This document shows, piece by piece, positions 1-11,500 of a DNA stretch of 64,000 bases. The notes below the pieces were generated by a model. It worked only from the letters and a program-made list of their open reading frames with translations. It did no database searches and was not told where the DNA came from. Location: assembly GCF_021869535.1 (NCBI RefSeq), contig NW_026262668.1, forward strand, positions 16,244,001-16,308,000, written 5' to 3'. The position numbers were made by a program, and so were the translations under genes. Position 1 is the first letter of the stretch; each line of letters opens with the position of its first letter. This stretch comes from Mytilus californianus. Lineage: Eukaryota.

Positions 1-1909
1 ATCAACCAATAGAAATATATATGTGTCATATAGGGTATAAAAATGTCCAAATGTAAATACCAGTTTCTATGACTTCTTTGGATATTTCACATCACGTTTA
101 AAGGTTATATGATATGTGTGAAGTAAGTCAATTGTAATTGATTAACCTTTTTGCGGATCCCCTGGTTAAAGAATGTGTATACACCCTTTGGAAATCCAGT
201 TTGTCACATTTTATGAATGGCTGAATTCCGAGAACGTTCAGCAGGATTAGGAAGTTGACATCATGTGTCGGCTTGACTTATTACTGAGTGGAAGCCGCGA
301 GGTTAAAAGAGGATAACACAAGTGTCATATTTAAATCCTTTTGAAAAAAAATAGATAAAATCTTACTAAATTTAGACGATAGCAGGTAAAGTAGATTCCG
401 GTTTACACATTTAACATACAATACACACGACTTATATGTACCTTTGTTTCGATTTACAATATCCTTGAGTACACTTATGCTCCATTTTATAATATTTCCG
501 GATACAAAGTTATAACGACAAGGGAAATCTGATTTAAACTATATTACATTTTGAGCAAAAACAAGTGAAATTAAAACATTACATGTCAGGTAAGTTGTCA
601 TTTTTATTTTCATGCTTGAGTTAAAATCAACAGTTAAGTTATTTTTTCCAGCTAACAATAGTATTGTTTATGTAAAGTTTTCACAAAATACGTTTAAGGT
701 CAGTTATGGTTATAATGAACTGGTATAAGGCTGGTGCAAAATGGTCCATGGCTGTATATTTAAAGACTTTGATAGTTCCCCCTTTTTAATACTATATAGA
801 TATTTTAACGCGTTAGAGATGATATAAATTGTTGTCGAGTTTCTGTTTCATTTATATGTTCTTTTTCCTAGAAACTATTAAAGAATGTCATGTACACATA
901 CAGTAAAATATATAGAATACCTATTAAAGGAAATTAAAGACAAGTATTATAACGACTGTAGATATATGTTTGTTATAAAATTAAAACAAGGTCATTTTTG
1001 TTTCACAGACTTGAATATTTAAAAGAGATATTATAAATGCTAAATTATAAACATTTTTAAATAACACGTACATTGGAACGACATGATAAGTACCGTTTTG
1101 AGTAATAGTTTAGTGTACACTGTTATTACTTTTTATATGTATATAAATGTTACAAATTGAAATTCAGAAGGATCCAGAATCATCCTAGTCCAAATCGGAA
1201 TTCCAACATCTACTGGTAGAAATTGGGATATCTAGATTTGTAATGGGAGGATTCTGTACTATATTTCTAGTTGATTCCAGGATATTACTAAAATTAATAG
1301 TTAGTATGATTCTGGATTCTACTGGATGTTTATATTATTTTATTTTCCTGGTGCACTTGATAAGTGGAAAACAAGATAAATGATAATATGATACCACTTT
1401 CAATACTTTATAACAAACAAAATAAGGTCAAATACATAAACTCTCTTAAAATTCTTTTATTTGTAATCACATTCGACAATGTTTTGTTTACAGTATTTTT
1501 TATTAGCGAACAGTTTTGAATTTACATCATGAACAGAGTTCATGGAAACAGAGTTTGCATAAATTAACAAGATTGTCTCCTGAATATTAATTTTGAGACA
1601 TAATTAAAAATTTAACATTTTTGTTGTCTTAAATACATGAAAACTAAAGTGTTGTTAAAAGTATCTCATTTGAACTTATGTGAATTCCTGTTTAAGTCTG
1701 GTTGACTTTTAGTTAGAGAAAGGCTCTGATATGGTATACATAATTTATAGGAAATTGGTCCTACCTCTTTTTTTTTTATTTAGACAAGTTTGATTACATA
1801 ATATAAAAATAAGAAGATGTACTAGAAGGATTATGGATCCTACTGAATTCCAATGTGTACTGTAACATACACATACATACAGATTTAATGTTTACAATAT
1901 TAATAAAAT

Positions 1910-2750
1910 ATAAAAATAAGAAGATGTGGTATAATTAAGAAATAATTCATGGGGGCTAGCCCCCATGAATTATTTCGATTCTAATAGGACAAATACGGCA
2001 ATTGTTTTTGATCGAAGCGCTCTAGATGAAGGCACTATTAAATTGGCGTAAAAGACCGGAGCAAACTGAATAAATGACATGCTTAAACTATTTACAATAA
2101 CATATTTAGATAGGTTTGGATTAATCTAAATGAAAATTGTACTTATATGTCTTATATGGAAACAAAAAATGGCTTAAATAACACATTTTAGCATTGTTTG
2201 TTTACGTTTCCTTGTTGTGATGATTTTCGGTTTCACAAGCGTGTATTTTCCCGTAAAATGCTTATATTCTTACGTCATCGTTCTATGACGTCGGGTAGCT
2301 CATTCATAAAAAAGCATATAACGCGGGAGTACGATCGGAACAGCCCAAACAATATATTCATATTTTACCACGGTTGTGTACTCAAAGCGTTTGAAGAACG
2401 TCATGTTAGAATTGCCAATGAGACAACTCTCCAATAGAGACCAAATGACATAGAAGTTAACAACTATAGGTCATCGTACGGCCTTCAACAATGAGCAAAA
2501 CCCATACCGCATAGTCAGCTATAAAAGGCCCCGAAATGACAAATATTAAATAATTCAAACGAAAAAACTAACAGCCTGATTTATGTTAAAAAAAACCAAT
2601 AAACGAAATACAAATATGATATACAGAAACAAATGACTACCACCTGACGGGCAGGCACATACTGAATGTGGCGGGGTTAAACACGTTAGCCGGCGCCCAA
2701 CCATCCCCTAACCTGGGACAGTGGTATAACAGTACAACATATGAACAAAC
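1910..2750 (+). repeat. Common dispersed SINE-like repeat (aataagaagatgtggtat...gccaatgagacaactctcc), here split by a ~480-bp insertion
   Basis: Other copies at about 5790-5900, 34610-34870 (reverse) and 45608-45775; the uninterrupted junction is visible at 45615-45650. Confidence 0.65.
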
Positions 2751-2753
2751 TAT

Positions 2754-3029
2754 AACAAGAATGTGTCCATAGTACACGGATGCCCCACTCGCACTATCAT
2801 TTTTTATGTTCAATGGACCTTGAAATTGGGTTTAAAACTCTAATTAGGCATTAAAATTAGAAAGATCATATCATAGGGAACATGTGTACTAAGTTTCAAG
2901 TTGATTGGATTTCAACTTCATCAAAAACTACCTTGACCAAAAGCTTTAACCTGAAGCGGGACAGACAGACGGACGGACGAACGGACGCACAGACCGAAAA
3001 ACATAATGCCCCTAGGTGGGGCAAAAAAA
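2754..3029 (+). mobile_element. Helitron/Helentron-associated non-autonomous element (HINE/DINE-like)
   Basis: aacaagaatgtgtcc start, (ACAG/ACGG)n microsatellite, terminal hairpin gcccctaggtggggc followed by an A-run; fragments at 31065-31140 and 49180-49240. Confidence 0.6.
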
Positions 3030-4799
3030 TCAGTTAAAAGGGGCTTAACTCATCAGATTGATACAAAGCAGAAAAATAAGTAACAAAAACACTGACCGGA
3101 CGTGGCAGGGTATTTATACATCCGTACACTGCTTTCAAGATCAGTTTCGGTGGTGTTACAATATATATCAGAGATACATGTATCTGTTTGGTGCAATATG
3201 TTATGTTGTATTCGATCAAATTTGGTTGAACTGCTTCATGGCTAAGTACTTATAAGCTTTTCGTACTGCTGATATCTGTCTTGGTTTTATGTGTTATGCT
3301 GTATCAAAAAATCCCAATGGCGAAGGACCTAGCTGTTCTCGTTATAGAATATATGTCCCAGGCAGTAAACGCAAGGCTTGTAGCTTGTTTGTCCATGAAA
3401 TATAATAACATAACAACAATATTAGTCAAAATTGTGAGGTATACGTTACTGAGAAAATAACCAAACACAATAAAACGTATTTCAATCTTATTTAAGCCGT
3501 TTTATTTTATAATAATAAAATATTCATTCTTAACTTTTGTTAGAATATATATATTGGACATTTAAATATCCTTAGAATATGTGCGTTTACCTTAAAAAAG
3601 ATCTTTTGATTTTGAATACTGTGTACGTATTGTCCACTTTTGTAACCGAACCTAAATCTGAATAATTAACAACATAAACATGTTATTTACTGGGTAAACT
3701 ATGTCGAATATTAAAAAATCTTAATGAATGGATATTGAGATGACGTTATGACATCCTATTGCCGATTATCGTGGAGGCAGATGCAATAAGTAGGACGGAG
3801 ATCAAAACCGTTGTATTACAATGGCAATCGGAAACACAGGCAAAAATCTGCTGTACAACGGAGACACAGGTAAAAATCTGCTGAACATCGGATACCCTAT
3901 ATCCTTTCTTGTCTATTATAAGTACAAAATCCACTGTACGACAATGGCAATATGAAACAAATTCAAAAATCTGCTGGACATAATAAATCCATTGTACGAC
4001 GATTGGAAACAGGCAAAATCTACTGTACATAATTTCAAAACCCATTGTATGACGATGACGATCGGAAACGCAGACAATTATCTGACAAAGCAATCATGAA
4101 ACGAGATCCCACGTGTATCTGCCGTATCAATAGCCGATAATAGGGTATTGTTATTATACGCCGTGCAGTCGATAATTGATATTGTTTCAGACCTTGCACT
4201 GATTGACCCTGGACTAGGGTCAACATTAATTAATTTTCGCGATAAGGAAGTAATTTTTCAAATATATCGGGTTTTAAAAACTTGACTTAGAATGAAGAAA
4301 GAAAACACTTAAAATTTTGTATGTTTAATTAGTCTTGAATGTTTAATTGGTACAGTATTACATAATCTTGAGTATTATGCTATTAATTTAATGATTAAAA
4401 AGTCTTTGAGTATAAACACCTTTGAAATTACAGTCTCCTCACGTTGGTCTATAAATCACTCAACTTACTTACAAAAAATTCACACAGTTGTGTCATTGTG
4501 AAAATTTTAACAAATTGTGATTAGTATGAACGAATACAACACTATTAGAATGTGTGATGTAAATCCTCCTGTTATTTGAAAGTTCCGGCACCAAATCAGA
4601 TGATATATACATTGGTCCGTCGCTTATCATCTTATAGTGTTTTCAAGCTACTATTTAGCAAATTTGGTCAAGTGAACTCGGGCTTTATTAATTGACTTTA
4701 ACACATCTGCTTCCGAGTTAACATTAACAATCAATATATGCACAACGGTTAGAGAACAGAAGGGATTGTATTACAGGTTATCAGACTATTTATTTGTAA

Positions 4800-5033
4800 T
4801 AACATAAGCAACACGACGGGTGCCACATGTGGAGCAGGATCTGCTTACACTCCGGAGCACCTGAGATCACCCCTAGTTTTTGGTGGGGTTCGTGTTGCTT
4901 AGTCTTTAGTTTTCTATGTTGAGTCATCTGTATTATTATTTGTCTGTTTGTCTTTTTATTTTTGGCCATGGCGTTGTCAGTTTGTTTTCGATCTAAGAGT
5001 TTGACTGTCCCTCTGGTATCTTTCATCCCTCTT
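4800..5033. repeat. Dispersed repeat (ggagcaggatctgcttac..ccggagcacctg family)
   Basis: Related pieces at about 14240-14420, 17190-17290 and 50165-50470. Confidence 0.55.
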
Positions 5034-5522
5034 TTATCATAGAGCTTATACCTATAAAAAGAATTACTAGCTAAGTTATTGAACATATGTAGATACTATC
5101 TCCACATACGTACACTTATATCATGTTTCCTGTTAACATGTATCAAAACTGGGGCTTTTATATATATATGAGTTTTAGAGGAATAATAACATACATGTAT
5201 ATATAGAGGAAGAGAGAAATTTAATCAAGTTCGTTTCAAATGTCTTTCAAAGCCAAATTTCACCCCCTCCCCCTCCCCCTCCCCCCTCCAAACAAAAACA
5301 ACAAAAAAACAACAAAAACACGGTAACTGTCTAATTGGCAAATAGCCCGACATATATCCACAGTTAATTATTTTTCCGATATTTCAATACGAGTTGTTTT
5401 GGCTTTGGCACAAGCTCTTTGTAATTAACAGTCTCGGAATATGTATTTTAATTCTTTTTAAAAAATGACAATAGTTTATGAAGATATACATTCTTTTTTC
5501 AGGCACATTTTAATGTCAAAAG

Positions 5523-5538
5523 ATGTCAAAAACGGGAG
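5523..5538 (+). CDS. PH adaptor, putative first coding segment (exon 5503-5538, MSKTG)
   Basis: Polypyrimidine tract and AG at 5501-5502; ATG at 5523; GAG|GTAATA donor in phase 1, matching the next exon. Confidence 0.55.
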
Positions 5539-8500
5539 GTAATAAAATTTATCAATTTGTCATCATTTTGAAGAATGCAATCATTAGATATTTTCTTACC
5601 AACTCTAAATACCAAACAACAACATACTACATTCATGTTATTTTAATACGAGTTTATTCACTAATTTATTATCAAATATTAGAGTTGCATTGTTTATCTT
5701 GCTTACTTTCCGTAATGACTAGATCAGTTTATATTTATGAGTTGAAATATTACATTCAGTGGTTTTTGTGAATATATATATTTTTATGACAAGGATTCAA
5801 ACAACTATAGATCATCGTACAGCCTTCAACAATGAGCAAACTGCATACCGTGTGGTAAGCTATAAAAGGCCATGGGATAACAGAATGTGAAACAATTCAA
5901 AAGAGGTTCAATTTAAGTTGCTGACATGGAACGGAAAACATTTATTTCAGACAACATCCAATAACAACTACTTCTTGATCAGTATCAAAACCAGCTATGA
6001 AATTGTCTTTTTTTATTTCAAAAGTAGTATGTGAACTTAGTTATACGTATACATGCCTCTTTCAAACATCAATAATATTCTTATTTAGCTGATCTGCCAC
6101 TTGTAGTAGCTGCGTCACAATTGGGAAATGCTTCCATGAAAGGTTATCTGGAAAAGAAGAGACCAAGTACGTAGATTAATTGTTGTATTTGATTGAATAT
6201 TGATATTAACTTTCAACTAGTCACATGAAATAACATTAACGGTACCAATTTTTCTGCACCAAATGCGCATTTCGACAATAAATGTCTCTTCAGTGATGCT
6301 CGAGGATAAAATATTTGGAAATCAAAAGCTTATCAAAAATATACTACTATACATGTATCTTCCACTATTGTACGTGTATCTGCCCACTGTTAACTATTGT
6401 TCCTGTATCTTCCACTGTTAACTATTGTACGTGTATCTGCCCACTGTTAACTATTGTACATGTATCTTCCACTTTTAACTATTGTACATGTATCTTCCAC
6501 TGTTTTACTATTGTACGTGTATCTTCCACTTTTAACTATTGTACATTTATCTTCTACTGTTAACTATTTCTGGTATCTTCCACTGTTAACGATTGTACGT
6601 GTATCCTCCACTGTTAACTATTGTACATATATCTTCCACTTTTTTACTATTGTACGTGTATCTTCCACTTTTAACTATTGTACATTTATCTTCTACTGTT
6701 AACTATTTCTGGTATCTTCCACTGTTAACTATTGTACATATATCTTCCACTTTTTTACTATTGTACGTGTATCTTCCACTTTTAACTATTGTACATGTAT
6801 CTTCCACTGTTAACTATTTCTGGTATCTTCCACTGTTAACGATTGTACGTGTATCTTCCACTGTTAACTATTGCACGTGTATCTTCCAATGTTAACTATT
6901 GTACGTGTATCTTTCAATGTTAACTATTGTACGTGTATCTTCCATTGTTAACTATCATACGTGTATGTTCAACTGTTTACTATTGTACGTGTATCTTTCA
7001 CTATTAAATATTGTACGTGTATCTTCCACTGTTAACTATTGTACGTGTATCTTCCACTATTAACCATTGTACGTGTATCTTCCACTATTAACTATTGTAC
7101 GTGTATCTTCCACTGTTCACAATTCTACGTGTATCTTTCACTGTAACTATTGTACGTGTATCTTCCACTATTAACTATTGTACGTGTATCTTCCACTGTT
7201 CACAATTCTACGTGTATCTTCCACTGTTAGCACTGGTACGAGTATCTTCCACTGTTTTACTATTGTACGTGTTTCTTTCACTGTTTTACTATTGAACGTG
7301 TATCTTCCTCTGTTAACTACTGTACGTGTATCTCCCACTGTTGACTATTGTACGTGTATCTTCCACTGTTAACTTGTGTACTTGTTTTTTCCACTGTTAA
7401 CGATTGTACGTGTATCTTCCACTGCTAATTATTGTACAATTAATGTCTCTTAAGTGATGCTCGAGGCCAAAATATTTGGAAATCAAAAAGCTTATTGAAA
7501 ATATACTACTGTACATGTATCTTCCACTATTGTACGTGTATCTGCCCACTGTTAACTATTGTACCTGTTTCTTCCACCGTTAACTATTGTATGTGTATTT
7601 TCCACTACTAACGATTGTACGTGTATCTTCCACTGTTAACTATTTTACGCGTTTCTTCTACTGTTAACTCTTACACTATTAACTATTGTACGTGTTTCTT
7701 CCGCTGTTTTACTATAGAACATGTATCTACCACTGTTAACTACTGTAAGTATATCGCCCACTGTTAACAACTGTACGTGTATCTGCCGCTGTTGACTGTT
7801 GTACGTGTATCTTCTTCTGTTAACTATTGTTCATTTCTCTTTTTATCAAGTCTCACTGTTACACTAATATATGCATCACGTGCATACCATCAATGTGAGC
7901 TTTTGGACTTTGTCAAACTCGTTAAAGCATCAGTATGGGCTATAAGACTTTGTACAAATAGTTAAAACATCCATATGAGATATTGGATTGTTTCCAAATA
8001 GTCAAAACATCGATATGAGCTATAATTGTACTTTGTACAAATAGTCAAAACATCCATATGAAATATTAGACTTTGTACAAAAAGTCAAAAACTCAGTATC
8101 AGCTATTGTACTTTGTACAAAAAGTCAAAAACTCAGTATCAGCTATTGTACTTTGTACAAATGGTCAAAACATCAGTATCAGCTTTTTTACTTTGTACAA
8201 ATAGTCAAAACATTTAAGTGTATTGTTTTTTGGGGAGTTTGTTGTCTTATTGGAATACATCCTTAGTAATTTTCTTTTTTTTCTCTTCATAATACAGAAA
8301 AAATATTTTTAAAAAAAACGGAGAATACTTTTATGCTTTTTGTACATTTTTTCTTATCATAGGTAAAAAGTTACTGTCTATAATTTTGTATATCTTTTCT
8401 TATCATAGGTAAAAAGTTACTGTCTATAAAATATCAGCGAAGATGGTGTTTGGTTTACGGGAATTTATTTCTGTACTATGATTCTCCTGATGATAAAGCA

Positions 8501-11500
8501 CAGAAAGGTGGATTTTCCTTAGAAAGTAAGTATTCAAAATTTTGTTTTATATCTAACCGTCAAGTTGTTCAATGTTTCGTCTGGTATTGTGTACTTAATG
8601 ATAATGTATTAATATTGTTGTGGCTGCACTCCTCATTCACATCAATGTCGTATTTTATATGAATTTGGGCGTGGCTTACAAACTTTTATCTCACAAAATT
8701 AAAAGTTGTTACTTCGCAAATAAAATAAAAGCAATTATATACAAATTTCCTTTGGAAAATGAATGGCAGCAACAGGAGTTATTTATTTGTTGTTGTAATT
8801 AGACAATACAAAAAGAAAGCAATGACTTTAAATATAGGCAACAGTTATCTAACAGCTGGTGGCTTTTTTGTTTTGTCTCTTTAGCATCTATTTACCATCA
8901 AAGTTTTTTAAACAATGTTTAAAACTTATTTAATTGTGTGCAGTTTAATCATCTTATTATTATTTTTTTCACATTTTATTTAATTTTTGTTTTATTACAG
9001 GTTATAGGTTTTTACATAGTCCAGGGCACAGTCCATTCGGGTTTTCTTTAGTCAGTCAACATAAACGAAAATTCGAGGTATTATTCCTTATATTTGTAAT
9101 TATGATTTACCGTTTATTTTGGAAAGTACTGCGTGTGATGAAAGTTAAGAATATTAATTTTGATAGTTAATTAAATTTACTTGCACATGTACTTAACACA
9201 ATTGTAAATGTCATTGAAATGAAGATGACAATAAGTAATTACAATTGTTCCTATTAAGCATTTGAAAGTACAAGACAGTAAATAGACAAGACAGGACAAG
9301 AACAAAATCAAGATGCAAATTATCTAAGCTGAACAATAAAAAAGAGAGCATCAAGTCAGGTGGGGGCAGCAGCAGCAGAACGCACCAAATTGTAAATATG
9401 TGTTGTAACCATCATTTACAACTATACTTTATAGAAGGAATGTAATTTGGATATGTAGGTTTAAGCCATAGATTGTGATAATGTCAGTTTAAGCCAAGGG
9501 TTTGTGATTATGTGGGTTTAAAACAAGGGTTTGTGATTATGTGTGTTTAAGACAAGGGTTTGTGATTATGTGGATTTAAGCAAAGAGATTGTGATTTTGG
9601 GGGTTTAAACCAAGGGATTGTGATTATGCGGGTTTAAGCCAAGGGATTGTGATTATGTGGGTTTAAGCCAATATATATATATATATATATATATAAACAA
9701 ATCTAAATTGAAAACAACGTTCAAACCTATGATTGCGTTGGATAAAAACCGCAATTTTTATACGTGTGCATGCAAAACAAATTTCTTGGTAGAGGGGTCT
9801 AAATACAGCACAAACAACATTTTCCAAAAGACCAAAAAAGTGAAAAAGTATATTTTAACAAAAGGCATTTGACTAGCAGGTCGAACAACTGATGTTCTTA
9901 AACCCTGCTGACTGCCATTGGCGATTGCCAAATAAACGGATCACCAGATGTAACAAAATGGATCTTATTATTGATTTATTACCAAACAGAAAACAATAAA
10001 TTTGCGGAAAAGATGGTATACCGCAAACACGAGGTGCAAAAATTTGTACACCATATCCGGATTTCGACAATTAATGTCTCTTCAGTGATGTTAGGAATCG
10101 AAACGGTATTTGGAAGGCCATATAATTTACCTCAATTTAGGATAGACTCTTGAATTTTGGAAGAGTCGAAATGGGATGAACGGATCATATAAACCCGAAG
10201 GCAAATATAATACAAGCCCAAACGAAAAAATATAAACAAATCTAAATTGAAAACAACGTTCAAACCTATGATTGCGTTGGATAAAAACCGCAATTTTTAT
10301 ACGTGTGCATGCTAAACAAATTTCTTGGTAGAGGGGTCTAAATACAGCACAAACAACATTTTCCAAAAGACCAAAATATATATATATATATTAAATAATT
10401 TTCGATGTCTAGATTTTACCTTTTCATGTGAAGTGCATTAAAGTTTTATTTGTTTCAACAACAACAGAATGATATACACGTAAAACAAACTATTTTGTTG
10501 TTTATTTTAGTTCATGGCTCCTAGCCAAGATGAATACATAAATTGGGAGAAAGCAATTAAGAAAGGAATTTCACTTACTCGGAGATCAAAAGGTAATTAC
10601 ATTTATGGCACCTACATTTATGTATCAATAAAGCAATACAAAAACTGAAGATTAAAAACAAAAACGATGAACCATTTTTGTCTAAGCTTAACATTCCAAA
10701 TAAATGACCATACCTCGTGTCAAGAAGTGTTCTCAAGGTATAGATTACTTTGGCAAAACCTGTCGGAATTTTGGGTCCTCAATAAACTTCAACTTCATAC
10801 TTTATTTAGCCTTTTTAACTTTTTTGATTCGAGCTTCAACATCACTTTACCATAACCCTAACAACCCCTGCCTCATGGTCTTCATAACTTTATAACCATA
10901 AACATTTACCATAACCCTAACCACCCGTGCATAATGGTCTCCATAACCATAAACATTTACCATAACCCTAGTCGCCCCTGCCTAATGGTCTTCAAAACCA
11001 TAAACATTTACCAAAACCCTAACAGCCTCTGCCTTATGGTCACCATAACCATAAACATTTACCATAACCCTAACCGCCCGCGCCTAATGGTCTCCATAAC
11101 AATAAACATTTACCATAACCCTAACCGCCCCTGCCTAATGGTCTTCATAGCCATAAACATTTTCAATAACCCTAACAGCCCCTGTCTCATGGTCATCATA
11201 ACCATAAACATTTACCATAACCCTAATAGCCCTGCCTCATGGTCTTCATAACCATAAACATTTACCATAACCCTAATTGCTCCTGCCTCATGGTCTTCAT
11301 AACCATAAACATTTACCATAACCCTAACAGCCCCTGCCTCATGGTCACCATAAACATAAACATTTACCATAACCCTAATTGATCCCTGCCTGATGGTCTT
11401 CAGAACCATAAACATTTACCATAACACTAACAACCCCTGCTTCATGGTCTTCATAACCATAAACATTTACCATAACACTAACAGCCCCTGCTTAATGGTC

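Noticed and set aside
200-387. Promoter or first non-coding exon of the PH gene (CAG|GTAAAG at 386)
   Set aside because: Plausible donor but no in-frame ATG and no transcript evidence; too speculative to list as a feature
3746-4240. 115-aa ORF and degenerate ~60-bp repeats with a small hairpin
   Set aside because: Looks like a decayed repeat element; no domain is recognisable and boundaries cannot be set
6315-7965. Stack of hydrophobic ORFs (YLPLLTIVRVSST repeats)
   Set aside because: Translations of the 28-bp minisatellite inside an intron; no splice or homology support
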